Counted from the stretch's first letter, positions 54,942 through 64,000 are shown. The stretch: DNA of 64,000 nt from Candidatus Limnocylindria bacterium (GCA_035708065.1 DASSTC010000029.1:7959-71958), one strand, 5' to 3'. The notes: generated by a model not told the origin, from the letters alone. Numbers and translations are program-made.

Positions 54942-55856
54942 ATGTCTCTCAATCTCCGCGGCATCGTGCCGGCGTGCATCACCACGCTCGACGCGACCGG
55001 TGCGTTCGACGAGGCAGCGTATCGGCGCTACCTGCAATGGCTCCTCCCCCAGGGGCCGGTGGCGCTGGCCATCAACGCCGATACCGGCGAAGGGCCGCAC
55101 CTGTGGCCCGATGAGCGCGAGCGCGTCCTGCGTGTTGCCGTGGAGGAGGCCGGCGACGTTCCCGTCGTCGCCGGCCTGGCGGCTTCGTTCACCGCCCAGG
55201 CGGTGGAGGAGGCCAAGCGCGCCGAGCAGGCCGGAGCGGCCGGCCTGCTCGTCTTCCCCATCCCGGCATACCAGGGCACGCCACTCGACCCGGCGCTGCC
55301 GGTCGCCTATCACGAGGCCGTGGCGGAGGGCTGCGGCCTGCCACTGGTCGCGTTCCAGCTCCAGCCGGCGCTCGGCGGGGTGATCTTCAGCGAGGAAACG
55401 CTGGGCCGCATCGCGGCGATCGACAGCGTGGTGGCCATGAAGGAGGCGTCCTTCGACGCTCGGCTGTATCTCGCCACGCGCCGGATGGTCGAGCGACTGC
55501 CGCGCCGCATCGATCTGCTCACCGGGAACGACAACTTCATCTACGAGTCGTTCGTGCTCGGCGCCGAGGGGGCGCTCATCGGATTCGGCACGCTCGCCAC
55601 CGACCTGCAGGTCCAGATGTACCAGCTCGCCTGCCAGGCGAAGTGGGGCGAGGCGCAGGCCATCTGGGAGCGGATCCTGCCGCTCGAGGAAGCGGTCTAC
55701 GCCCAGCCGGTGCGCAACTACCGAGCGCGCACGAAGGTCGCCCTCAAGGCGCTCGGTGTCATCGACAGCACGGTGATGCGTCCGCCGCTGATGCCTGTCG
55801 ACGGCCCGGACGCGGATCGCGTTGCAGCAGCGCTCACCCAGGTCGGCCTCGCCTGA
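54942..55856 (+). CDS. Dihydrodipicolinate synthase/N-acetylneuraminate lyase-family (class I aldolase) protein
   Basis: 304 aa with a Schiff-base Lys context VVAMKEAS and a GEGPHL motif. Confidence 0.75.
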   Translation: MSLNLRGIVPACITTLDATGAFDEAAYRRYLQWLLPQGPVALAINADTGEGPHLWPDERERVLRVAVEEAGDVPVVAGLAASFTAQAVEEAKRAEQAGAAGLLVFPIPAYQGTPLDPALPVAYHEAVAEGCGLPLVAFQLQPALGGVIFSEETLGRIAAIDSVVAMKEASFDARLYLATRRMVERLPRRIDLLTGNDNFIYESFVLGAEGALIGFGTLATDLQVQMYQLACQAKWGEAQAIWERILPLEEAVYAQPVRNYRARTKVALKALGVIDSTVMRPPLMPVDGPDADRVAAALTQVGLA

Positions 55857-56611
55857 TGAGCGGCGCGCTCGAGGATCGCGTCGTCCTCGTCACCGGCAGC
55901 GGCCGCGGCATCGGCGCCGAGATCGCGGTCAAGGCGGCCGCGGCCGGCGCCAGCGTGGCGGTCCACTACCACCGCTCGGCGGATGGCGCGCAGCGCACGC
56001 TAGAGCGGGTGCGGGCGCACCGTGGCGAGGCGGACAGCTTCGCCGCTGACGTGGCGAACGGCGGAGCGGCGGAGGAGCTGGTCGAGCGCGTCATCGGCCG
56101 CTTCGGTCGGGTCGATGCGCTGGTGAACAACGCCGGCCTGATGCCGACCACGCCATTCCTCGAGATCGAGCCGGCCGAATGGGATGCGGTGATTCGCACC
56201 GACCTGACCGCAGCGTTCCATACCACCCGCGCGGTGCTGCCTTCGATGCTCGAGCACGGCAGCGGCTCGATCGTGAACATCGCCTCGCGGCTGGGCCAGA
56301 TCGGCGCCCGGGACGTTGCGCACTACTGTGCGGCGAAAGCAGGCCTCATCGGTCTGACCAGGGCGCTGGCCCGCGAGTTCGGGCCGCGCGGGATCCGGGT
56401 CAACGCCGTGGCGCCGGGCGTCACCGAGAGCGACATGACGACCGAGCTGATGGCCAGCGAGGAGGGCCAGCGCCGACTGCGCGAGATGCCGCTCGGCCGG
56501 TTCGGGCGGCCCGAGGAGGTCGCCGAGGCCGTTATCTTCCTGCTGTCCGACGCCTCGAGCCTGTTCGTCGGCCAGACGCTCAATCCGAACAGCGGGGGCT
56601 ACATGCCGTGA
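55856..56611 (+). CDS. Short-chain dehydrogenase/reductase (FabG-like)
   Basis: 251 aa. Motifs TGSGRGIG, NNAG and YCAAK. Confidence 0.85.
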   Translation: MSGALEDRVVLVTGSGRGIGAEIAVKAAAAGASVAVHYHRSADGAQRTLERVRAHRGEADSFAADVANGGAAEELVERVIGRFGRVDALVNNAGLMPTTPFLEIEPAEWDAVIRTDLTAAFHTTRAVLPSMLEHGSGSIVNIASRLGQIGARDVAHYCAAKAGLIGLTRALAREFGPRGIRVNAVAPGVTESDMTTELMASEEGQRRLREMPLGRFGRPEEVAEAVIFLLSDASSLFVGQTLNPNSGGYMP

Positions 56612-58200
56612 GCGCCGCATCCGGCAAGGTGATCGGCGTCGATGAGGCGGTTCGGCTCGTGCCGGACGGCGCGACGCTCCTGATCGGCGGGTCCGGAGCC
56701 GGGCACGCCGTGCCGCAGCGCTTCATCGACGAGCTGGCGGCGATCTACGCCTCCGAGGGCCGGCCGCGTGATCTGACCACGGTGCGCATCGTGGGCATCG
56801 GTGACTTCGCCGAGCGCGGCTTCAGCCAGCTGGGGCTGCCGGGCCTGCAGAAGCGCACGATCGGCAGCAATATCGGCAACGAGCCGCGGCTCGGTGCGCT
56901 GGTCGAGGCGAACGAGATCGAGGCCTACTCGTTCCCGCAGGGCGTGCTGTCGCAGCTCATGCGCGAGATCGCCGCCGGGCGGCCGGGCCTGGTCACGCAC
57001 GTCGGCCTGGGCACCTACGTCGATCCGCGGCAGACCGGCGGCAAGCAGAACGCGCGGACCACCGAGGACCTCGTGGAGCTCGTCGAGCTGCGCGGCCGTG
57101 AGTGGCTGCTGTTCCACGCCTTCCCGATCGACGTGGCGGTCATCCGGGGCACGACGGCCGACGAGGACGGCAACATCACCATGGAGTCCGAGGCGGTCCA
57201 GGGCGAGATGCTGGCGATGGCCATGGCCGCGCACAACAGCGGCGGGATCGTCATCGCCCAGGTCCGCCAGCTCGCGCCGCGGGGCAGCCTGACGCCGCGA
57301 TCGGTGCGCATCCCCGCCGCGTTGGTCGACCACGTCTTCGTCGACCCCGACCAGTGGCAGACCTACATCACCCGCGACTCGCCGTACTACGCCGGCGCCT
57401 TCCGCAAGCCCGTCACGCCCGAGCCGCCGTTGCCGCTCGACGTGCGCAAGATCATCGCGCGGCGCTCGCTCCTCGAGTTCCCGCCTGGCGCGATCTGCAA
57501 CCTGGGCTTCGGCATCAGCCAGCTGATCGGCCGCGTGGCGTGGGAGGAGGGGATCACCGATCGCCTGGTGCTGACCGTCGAGCAGGGCATCTTCGGCGGC
57601 GCGCCGGTGGCCGGCAACGAGGGCGGTGCCGGGTTCAACTACCAGGCCATGATCGACCAGCCGTACATGTTCGACTTCTACGACGGCGGCGGGCTCGACG
57701 TGGCCAGCCTGTCGTTCGCCGAGGTGGACCCCGAGGGCAACGTCAACGTGCACGCCTTCGAGGGCCGGGTGCGCGGCCCCGGTGGATTTCCGAACATCAG
57801 TGCTCGGACCGGCAAGATCTGCTTCGTCGGCACGCTGACGGCGCGCGGCCTGGAGATCGAGATCGACGACGGCGTCCGCATCCGGCACGAGGGCAGCCTG
57901 CGCAAGTTCGTGCCGGAGGTCCGCCAGATCTCGTTCAACGGCAAGCTCGCCCGGCAGCGCGGCCAACAGGTCCGCTACATCACCGATCGCGCCGTCTTCG
58001 CGCTGGAGGACGACGGGCTGGTGCTCGTCGAGGTGGCGCCCGGGATCGAGGTCGAGCGCGACGTGGTCGGCCAGATGGGCTTCCGCCCACGGATCGCCGA
58101 CAACCTGCGAACGATGGATCCGAGGCTCTACGCGACCGGCGCGATGGGCCTGGCCGCGACGTTCGGCACCGGCGACGAGGATGGCGGAGGACCGCGGTGA
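56608..58200 (+). CDS. Family I CoA-transferase (fused A/B, YdiF-like)
   Basis: 530 aa from GTG 56608 (GTGA overlap). Two CoA-transferase halves, with GGSGAGHAVP at the N-terminus and an EQGIFGG-type Glu segment. Confidence 0.75.
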   Translation: MSAASGKVIGVDEAVRLVPDGATLLIGGSGAGHAVPQRFIDELAAIYASEGRPRDLTTVRIVGIGDFAERGFSQLGLPGLQKRTIGSNIGNEPRLGALVEANEIEAYSFPQGVLSQLMREIAAGRPGLVTHVGLGTYVDPRQTGGKQNARTTEDLVELVELRGREWLLFHAFPIDVAVIRGTTADEDGNITMESEAVQGEMLAMAMAAHNSGGIVIAQVRQLAPRGSLTPRSVRIPAALVDHVFVDPDQWQTYITRDSPYYAGAFRKPVTPEPPLPLDVRKIIARRSLLEFPPGAICNLGFGISQLIGRVAWEEGITDRLVLTVEQGIFGGAPVAGNEGGAGFNYQAMIDQPYMFDFYDGGGLDVASLSFAEVDPEGNVNVHAFEGRVRGPGGFPNISARTGKICFVGTLTARGLEIEIDDGVRIRHEGSLRKFVPEVRQISFNGKLARQRGQQVRYITDRAVFALEDDGLVLVEVAPGIEVERDVVGQMGFRPRIADNLRTMDPRLYATGAMGLAATFGTGDEDGGGPR

Positions 58201-58976
58201 GCGAGCTGGTCCGCCTGCAGCTCGGCGCCGTCGCGCACCTCGAGCTTGTCAATCCGCCGCTCAACCTCGTCACGCGGGAGCTGACCGAGCAGCTGCACCT
58301 GGCCCTCGGCCGGCTTGCCGGGGCCGCGCCCAACGACGTGCGCGCCGTCGTCGTCAGCGGTAGCGGCGAGCGCGCCTTCTGCGCCGGCTCGCACATCGGC
58401 GAGTTCGAGGGGCTGCGCGGGCGCGTCGCCGAGGGAAAGCTGCTGCTCGAGAAGCTCGTCTACCGCCAGCTCGCCGATCTGCCGATGCCGACGATCGCCG
58501 CCATCGAGGGCGACGCGCTGGGTGGCGGCCTGGAGCTGGCGCTGTGCTGTGACCTGCGGATCGCGTCGGTCAAAGCCAAGCTCGGCATGCCCGAGGTACG
58601 CCTGGCGGTACTGCCCGGCAGCGGCGGCACGCAGCGCCTGCCGCGGGTGGTCGGACCGGCTAGGGCCAAGGAGATGATCCTGACCGGGCAGATCGTGACG
58701 GCGGAGGGAGCCGAGCGCATCGGCCTGGTCAACCGCGTCGTCCCCGCCGGGGAGGCCCGTCGTGCGGCCGACGAGATTGCCGAAGAGATCGCCCGCCGCG
58801 GTCCGCTGGCGGTTCGCGAGGCGAAACGGCTGATCGACGCGGCCGCCGACCTCGACCTGGACGCCGGCCTTGCTGCGGAGCTGGACGCATCGGAACGAGT
58901 CTTCGACAGCGAGGACATGCTGGAGGGAGCGGCCGCCTTCTTCGGAAAGCGGGATCCCGAGTATCGAGGCCGTTGA
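58197..58976 (+). CDS. Enoyl-CoA hydratase/isomerase (crotonase) family protein
   Basis: 259 aa. Motifs RAFCAGSHIGEF and GDALGGGLELALCCDLRIA. Confidence 0.85.
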   Translation: MSELVRLQLGAVAHLELVNPPLNLVTRELTEQLHLALGRLAGAAPNDVRAVVVSGSGERAFCAGSHIGEFEGLRGRVAEGKLLLEKLVYRQLADLPMPTIAAIEGDALGGGLELALCCDLRIASVKAKLGMPEVRLAVLPGSGGTQRLPRVVGPARAKEMILTGQIVTAEGAERIGLVNRVVPAGEARRAADEIAEEIARRGPLAVREAKRLIDAAADLDLDAGLAAELDASERVFDSEDMLEGAAAFFGKRDPEYRGR

Positions 58977-59031
58977 CGCCGGGATCGGCGCACGACGGCG
59001 TGAGGCAACCCAACGAGAGGAACGAAGCCCA

Positions 59032-60075
59032 ATGAGTGACATCGGCCGATTCGGAGTCTTCCTGCCCTCCTATATCTGGGAGGGCGACGGCGCCGAGCGC
59101 GCCCGCAACATCAAGCAGTTCGCGCGCACCGTGGAGGATCTCGGCTTCGACTCGCTGTTCATCACCGATCACCTGCTCGCCGCGAAGAACTTCTACTCGG
59201 TCTCGTGGCTCGAGCCGGTGTCCGCGCTCTCGGTGGCCGCCGGCGTCACCGAGCGCGTGCGACTGGGCACCTCGATCATGATCCTGCCGCTGCGCAACCC
59301 GGTGGTGCTCGCCAAGGAGCTCGCCACGCTGCAGTTCCTGAGCGAGAACCGGGTCGTGCTGGGTGCCGGTGTCGGCTGGTACCCGCCCGAATACGAGGCG
59401 GTCGGCGTGCACAAGTCGGAGCGGGGCAAGCGCACCGACGAGATCCTCGACATCATCATCCCGCTCCTCGAGGGCGAGCGGGTGACCTACCACGGCAAGT
59501 TCTACTCGATCGACGACGTGCTCATCGAGCCGCGATCGTCGCAGCGCCCCGAGATCTGGGTCGGCGGTGGCTCGCAGCTGGCGGATCCCAAGTCGCCCGA
59601 CCTGCCACGCTTCGTCGAGTCGGTGAAGGCGCGCGTGATGCGCACCGATGGCTGGATCCCGCGTCCCACCTGCCCGCCCGAGGAGATCGCGCGCGACTGG
59701 CGCGAGCTGCAGGAGTACTACCGCGAGCACGGCCGCGACCCGGACGAGTGCGTGGTGGCCCACGAGAACTTCCTGCACCTGGTGATGACCAACGACCCGG
59801 CGCAGGCCCGGGCGGAGCAGCACGAGGCCTTCCTGCGCGTGATGAGCAACGAGCGCGGGCCGAACTACCTCGAGTCGGTCTACCTGTTCGGCACGCCGGA
59901 CGAGGTGATCGCCTCGCTGCAGGCCCGCATCGACGCCGGGGTCGAGTACTTCATGCTGCACACCATGACGCCCGATCCGGCGCAGCTGCGCAACTGGGTC
60001 GACGAGATCATCCCGAACCTGACCTTCCCCGCCACGGCCGGTCCGGTTCGGCGGATGGCCGGCGCCCTGTCGTGA
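59032..60075 (+). CDS. LLM-class (luciferase-like) flavin/F420-dependent oxidoreductase
   Basis: 347 aa with GFDSLFITDHLL and LGTSIMILPLRNPV, typical of the LLM fold. Confidence 0.75.
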   Translation: MSDIGRFGVFLPSYIWEGDGAERARNIKQFARTVEDLGFDSLFITDHLLAAKNFYSVSWLEPVSALSVAAGVTERVRLGTSIMILPLRNPVVLAKELATLQFLSENRVVLGAGVGWYPPEYEAVGVHKSERGKRTDEILDIIIPLLEGERVTYHGKFYSIDDVLIEPRSSQRPEIWVGGGSQLADPKSPDLPRFVESVKARVMRTDGWIPRPTCPPEEIARDWRELQEYYREHGRDPDECVVAHENFLHLVMTNDPAQARAEQHEAFLRVMSNERGPNYLESVYLFGTPDEVIASLQARIDAGVEYFMLHTMTPDPAQLRNWVDEIIPNLTFPATAGPVRRMAGALS

Positions 60076-60093
60076 TGCTGTCGTGACATTATC

Positions 60094-60951
60094 GTGACCC
60101 GTCGCGTCGCGCTGCTCGGCAACCCGTTGCGACGGCGGCACTCGCAGGTGATGCACGACGCGGCGTTCGCCGCCGCAGGGATCGACGCCCGCTACGAGCT
60201 GCTGGAGCTCGAAGCCGATGCGGTTCCGGCGGCGGTTGCCGCGGCGCGCGGCCCGGACTGGCTCGGGCTGCAGGTGACCGCGCCCTACAAGCTGATGGTC
60301 GCCGAGCTGGTGGACGAGGTCGAGCCCGATGCCCGGGCGATCGGTGCCGTCAACAGCGTGGCACGGTCGGAGGACGGCCGCCTCATCGGCTTCAACACCG
60401 ATGCGCCCGGCTTCCGCGCCGGCGTGGAGCTGGCGATGGGCCGGCCGCTGGCCGGCGCCCGGGTGACGGTCGCCGGCGCGGGAGGCGCCGCGCACGCGGT
60501 CGTCTTCGCGCTGCTCGATGCCGGAGCCTCAAGCGTCACCATCGGCAACCGCAACGCCGACGCCGCTCAAACGCTGGGGGCGAGGTTTGCGGGCACCGGC
60601 ACGGGGCAGGTGCGCGGGGTCGAGCTCGGCGGCGGGGACTTCGCCGATGCGCTGCACGCCGCCGACCTGGCGGTGAACGCGACGACCGTGGGCATGACCT
60701 CGGCCGGCACGAGCTTCGACGTCGCCCTGCTGCCCGAGCATGCGACCGTCTTCGACCTCGTCTACGTTCCGCCCCAGACCGAGCTGCTGCGCGCGGCACG
60801 AGTAAGGGGCCTGCGCGCGGCCAACGGCTCGGAGATGCTCGTGCAGCAGGCCGCGATCGCCTTCGAGCGCTGGACCGGCGTGAGCGACATGGCCGGCGTC
60901 ATGCGCGATGCCGTGGCGCCGCTGCTCGCCGACGCGGCCGCTCGCGCCTGA
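60094..60951 (+). CDS. aroE: Shikimate/quinate dehydrogenase family protein
   Basis: 285 aa. Motifs LLGNPLRRRHS, LQVTAPYK, IGAVNSV, GFNTDAPGF and GAGGAAHAV. Confidence 0.8.
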   Translation: MTRRVALLGNPLRRRHSQVMHDAAFAAAGIDARYELLELEADAVPAAVAAARGPDWLGLQVTAPYKLMVAELVDEVEPDARAIGAVNSVARSEDGRLIGFNTDAPGFRAGVELAMGRPLAGARVTVAGAGGAAHAVVFALLDAGASSVTIGNRNADAAQTLGARFAGTGTGQVRGVELGGGDFADALHAADLAVNATTVGMTSAGTSFDVALLPEHATVFDLVYVPPQTELLRAARVRGLRAANGSEMLVQQAAIAFERWTGVSDMAGVMRDAVAPLLADAAARA

Positions 60952-60977
60952 GCGCCTGAGCGCCCGGGCGTTCTGCC

Positions 60978-61829
60978 GTGCGGCTCGCCACCATCGTCCG
61001 GGACGGCCATCCGTCGGTCGCCCTCGTGCGCGACCGCGGGGTGCTGCCGCTCCAGATGGGCGAGGAGTGGGCTGCGTCGATGCGCGGCATCGCCGCCCGC
61101 GGCGCCCCCGCTCGCGAGTCCATCGCTGATTGGGCCGCGCAACAGCCGGCATCGGCGGATCTGCCGCTCTCCGAGGTCGCGCTCGGGCCGGTCGTCCCCG
61201 ATCCCGGCGCGATCTTCACCATCGGCCTCAACTACGCGGCTCCCGGCGACGACCCGCGCGAGCGACCCGAGCGGCCGCTCGTCTTCGGCAAGCTGCCGAG
61301 CTCGGTGTGCGGCGACGGGGCGGTCGTCAGCTGGGATCGCGGCCTCACCGACAACGTGGACGGCGAGTCGGAGCTCGGCGTCGTCATCGGCCCGCCGGCG
61401 TGGCAGGTCGAGCCCGATGCCGCCATGGACCACGTCTTCGGCTACACCTGCATCAACGACTTCGGCTCGCGCGATCCGTGGTTCGACGGCGACCAGTGGC
61501 TGCTCGGCAAGTCGTTCGCCGGCTTCTGCCCGGTCGGCCCGTGGATCGTCACGCCCGATGAGCTCGGCGACCCCGGCAACCTGCGGCTCGGCGCCACGAT
61601 CAACGGCATCCCGATCCAGGACGGCCGCACCTCGCAGATGCGCTACTCGATCGGCGAGATCATCAGCTTCCTGAGCCGGCACGTGGTGCTGCGCCCCGGC
61701 GACCTGATCGCCACCGGCACGCCCGTCCGCCTGGACGGGCGCATTGGCCCGGAGCGCCGCCTGCAGCCCGGCGACGTGATGACCGTCTGGGTCGAGGGCA
61801 TCGGCGAGCTGACCACCTCGATCGGCTGA
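60978..61829 (+). CDS. Fumarylacetoacetate hydrolase (FAH)-family protein
   Basis: 283 aa with ESELGVVIG, NDFGSRD and GDLIATGTP, typical of the FAH fold. Confidence 0.85.
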   Translation: MRLATIVRDGHPSVALVRDRGVLPLQMGEEWAASMRGIAARGAPARESIADWAAQQPASADLPLSEVALGPVVPDPGAIFTIGLNYAAPGDDPRERPERPLVFGKLPSSVCGDGAVVSWDRGLTDNVDGESELGVVIGPPAWQVEPDAAMDHVFGYTCINDFGSRDPWFDGDQWLLGKSFAGFCPVGPWIVTPDELGDPGNLRLGATINGIPIQDGRTSQMRYSIGEIISFLSRHVVLRPGDLIATGTPVRLDGRIGPERRLQPGDVMTVWVEGIGELTTSIG

Positions 61830-61837
61830 TCGCCCAC

Positions 61838-61871
61838 GAAGAAGCCCCGGCATCGCTGCCGGGGCTTCTTC
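61838..61871. terminator. Perfect 14-bp GC-rich hairpin between convergent genes
   Basis: GAAGAAGCCCCGGC-atcgct-GCCGGGGCTTCTTC. There is no long U-tract on either side. Confidence 0.6.
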
Positions 61872-61913
61872 GGTCTAGGGGCAGGCGCGAACCGCGCCAG
61901 GGTCTGGGTCAGG

Positions 61914-62345
61914 TCAGTGGGCGCAGCCGCCTGCGCGGCTCGGCGACCCGTCGGTGTTGAACGAGGAGCCGCAGGCGCACGAGCTCACCGCGTTCGGGTT
62001 GTTGATCGCGAAGCCCGATCCCATCAGCGAGTCGACGTAGTCGATCTCGGCACCGTCGACGTACTGGGCGCTGAACTTGTCGATCACCACCGGCACGCCG
62101 TCATGGAGCTCGACCCGGTCGTCGTCGGCCAGGTTCGAGTCGAACGCCAGGCCGTAGCTGAAGCCGGAGCAGCCGCCGCTCTTCACGAAGAGGCGCAGGC
62201 GCGCGTCTTCCTTGCCCTCGCGGGAGCGCAGCTCGAGCACCTTCTTGCCGGCGGCCTCGGTCACGGTGACGAGCTGCTCGGTCGAGATGGGCGGTACGCT
62301 GACCGGCGTCTGCGGCTGCGTCTGCGGCGTCTCGGACATGGTCAT
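61914..62345 (-). CDS. HesB/IscA/ErpA-family iron-sulfur cluster insertion protein with N- and C-terminal extensions
   Basis: 143 aa from MTMSETPQ. Cys ligands in GGCSGFSY and CACGSSF, plus an extra tail NTDGSPSRAGGCAH. Confidence 0.8.
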   Translation of the reverse strand: MTMSETPQTQPQTPVSVPPISTEQLVTVTEAAGKKVLELRSREGKEDARLRLFVKSGGCSGFSYGLAFDSNLADDDRVELHDGVPVVIDKFSAQYVDGAEIDYVDSLMGSGFAINNPNAVSSCACGSSFNTDGSPSRAGGCAH

Positions 62346-62402
62346 GGTTGCTGTGATCTCCCTCTCGCCCTGCGGCGCGGATTCGCTTGGTTCGCTTCGG
62401 AA

Positions 62403-62411
62403 AGTATACCA
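62403..62411 (-). promoter_or_regulatory. Putative extended -10 promoter (TGGTATACT) for the IscA-like gene
   Basis: Same 9-mer as at 7200-7208, located ~57 nt upstream of the start codon. Confidence 0.4.
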
Positions 62412-62585
62412 GCGGCCCCCGTTCGTCCAGTCCTGTCCTCCTGTTCGGGGGTCCTCCCCCAAGCGTTCACTCATTGAACTCCTGCGCGAGGGAGCACCCG
62501 AGGGCCACCCGTCCCCGGCTGCACGCCTCGTTCCAAACCGCTCGCTTCAAGCGCGGGGTTTCCGTGTCGCGACGATCGCCAGCCC

Positions 62586-62726
62586 GTGGCTCTATCAGCG
62601 AACGAGCACAGCCCGTCCGTCGAAATCGCCACCAGGTGGCTCGGACAGCGAACGAACCGGCCACATGGCGCCCATTCCCGACCTGAGGCACGGCCAGCAG
62701 CCCGTTCGTTCCCCAATAGAGCCACC
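62586..62726. repeat. Copy 2 of the inverted-repeat-bounded element (see 690-852)
   Basis: The termini GTGGCTCTATCAGCGAACGAGC and CCCGTTCGTTCCCCAATAGAGCCAC are inverted repeats. There is an internal third GTGGCTC..AGCGAACGA unit at 62637-62658. Confidence 0.6.
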
Positions 62727-62990
62727 ACGTGGCTCCCGCCGCTGCTCGCTTCGGGCCCGGCGCATGCCGCATGCACCAGGCGCATACAACGCGGCGCCAA
62801 ACTCGCTTCCTGCAGGGTTTCATGCGCCGGACGGCATCACTTCGAGCGCAAACGGCCCGTCACGCGCGTGCATGCGCCTGACGCATGAACGCAATCCCCG
62901 GGACCACCGTGGCGAGCGCCACGGCACCAGACCCGGCATCACGCCGGCATCGGTACACTTAAGCCCGTCCGCACGAGGAGCCACCAAGAC

Positions 62991-64000
62991 GTGAAGCTTG
63001 CGAACCGCATGGAGCGGATCGGCACCGAGACCGCCTTCGAGGCCGCAGCCCGCGCGCGTGCGCTGGAGGCGACCGGCCGCGACGTCATTCACCTGGAAAT
63101 CGGCGAGCCCGATTTCGACACCCCGCGCAACATCAGCGAGGCTGCCGCCGACGCGCTGCTCAACAAGGGCATGACCCACTACACGCCGGCGACCGGCATC
63201 CCGCAGCTGAAGCAGGCGATCATCGAGGACGCGCAGCGCCACAAGGGGATCAGCGCCACGCCGGAGCAGGTGATCGTCACGCCCGGCGCCAAGCCGATCA
63301 TGTTCTACGCCATGCTGGCCCTGCTCGAGGAGGGCGACGAGGCGATCTACCCGAACCCCGGCTTCCCGATCTACGAGTCGATGATCGAGTTCGTCGGTGC
63401 GCGCGCCGTCGCGGCGCAGCTGCGCGCCGAGAACGACTTCCGCATGGATGTCGACGAGGTCGCGTCGCTTGTCAGCGACCGCACGCGGCTGATCGTGCTG
63501 AACTCCCCGCAGAACCCGACCGGATCGGTCCTCACCGAGGACGACCTGCGCGCCATCGCCAAGCTGGCCGTCGACCACGACCTGGTCGTCCTGACCGATG
63601 AGATCTACGGCCGCCTGCAGTACGAGGGTGAGCCGCTCTCGATCGCGACCCTGCCCGGCATGGCGGAGCGGACGATCACGCTCGATGGCTTCAGCAAGAC
63701 GTACGCGATGACCGGCTGGCGGATGGGGTATGGCATCGTGCCGGCCGAGCTGGCACCCGCCTTCAGCACGCTCGTCATCAACAGCGTGTCCTGCACGAAC
63801 GCCTTCGCCCAGGCCGGCGCGGCCGAGGCGCTCACCGGCCCGCAGGACGCGGCCGATGCCATGCGCCAGGAGTTCATCGCCCGGCGCTCGCTGGTGATCG
63901 ACGGCCTGAACGCCATTCCGGGTGTGACCTGCGTCATGCCGCACGGCGCCTTCTACGCCTTCCCGAACGTGAGCTCCTTCGGCCGCAGCAGCGCCGAGAT
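62991..64000 (+). CDS. Class I/II pyridoxal-phosphate aminotransferase (AspC-like), 3' end outside window
   Basis: Not in the ORF track because no stop is reached. GTG start with GAGGAG 10 nt upstream. Translation is VKLANRMERIGTETAFEAAARARALEATGRDVIHLEIGEPDFDTP...NSPQNPTG...GFSKTYAMTGWRMGY (PLP-Lys). Confidence 0.85.
   Translation, partial: MKLANRMERIGTETAFEAAARARALEATGRDVIHLEIGEPDFDTPRNISEAAADALLNKGMTHYTPATGIPQLKQAIIEDAQRHKGISATPEQVIVTPGAKPIMFYAMLALLEEGDEAIYPNPGFPIYESMIEFVGARAVAAQLRAENDFRMDVDEVASLVSDRTRLIVLNSPQNPTGSVLTEDDLRAIAKLAVDHDLVVLTDEIYGRLQYEGEPLSIATLPGMAERTITLDGFSKTYAMTGWRMGYGIVPAELAPAFSTLVINSVSCTNAFAQAGAAEALTGPQDAADAMRQEFIARRSLVIDGLNAIPGVTCVMPHGAFYAFPNVSSFGRSSAE

Noticed and set aside
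62346-62990. Possibility that the long spacer hides tmRNA, RNase P RNA, SRP RNA or 6S RNA.
   Set aside because: I found none of the hallmark strings on either strand: the tRNA-like GGTTCGA..CCACCA end, the GAGGAAAGTCC/ACAGAA RNase P boxes, or the SRP GGAA/AGCA domain IV loop. 6S cannot be excluded by eye, but nothing supports it.

Overview
Very GC-rich, gene-dense chromosomal segment with about 75 genes and no rRNA, CRISPR, transposase or integrase. The host looks like a monoderm-type bacterium (PASTA Ser/Thr kinase, lipobox PBP, Ku plus ATP-dependent ligase, split b6-type cytochrome b). Chloroflexota/Thermomicrobia-like or Actinomycetota-like are both possible, and the sequence alone cannot decide. 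In window order the content is: an htrA 3' end; a minus-strand trxA / Cys-rich protein / folC-folP-folB block; a PASTA kinase; galU; tRNA-Glu(UUC); a KGG stress protein; an ATP-dependent DNA ligase with a methyltransferase; OsmC; a CheY-like regulator; Ku plus a degenerate ligase-like ORF; a WYL-CYTH-O-antigen-ligase/TPR operon; a Ca2+/H+ antiporter; a large HTH-GAF-GGDEF-HD signalling protein; a TPP-riboswitch-controlled thiN-ykoEDC operon; Bcp with three tiny membrane ORFs that are absent from the ORF track; a YhaO/YhaN (SbcF/SbcE)-like pair; a PIG-L deacetylase plus PBP; a Rieske/cytochrome b6-type complex operon headed by a GltD-like flavo-iron-sulfur protein; a class II aldolase; alr; a LacI-headed transporter/catabolic cluster; an IscA-like protein; and the 5' part of an aminotransferase, which is also missing from the ORF track because it runs off the window. 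Genome style: many 4-nt ATGA/GTGA start/stop overlaps, many apparently leaderless starts, and long Arg/Ala/Pro-rich antisense ORFs that are GC artefacts. The strongest candidate for a poorly described system is the NAD(P)H/FAD/Fe-S module translationally coupled to the b6-type bc complex (41.8-47.6 kb). Other notable items: a catalytically dead ligase-like partner of Ku, a diverged inverted-repeat element present twice, dyad-symmetric tandem repeats upstream of bcp, and a strongly over-represented oligomer GCATCGGTC(T). All calls rest on reading the translations and sequence by eye; no database search was run.
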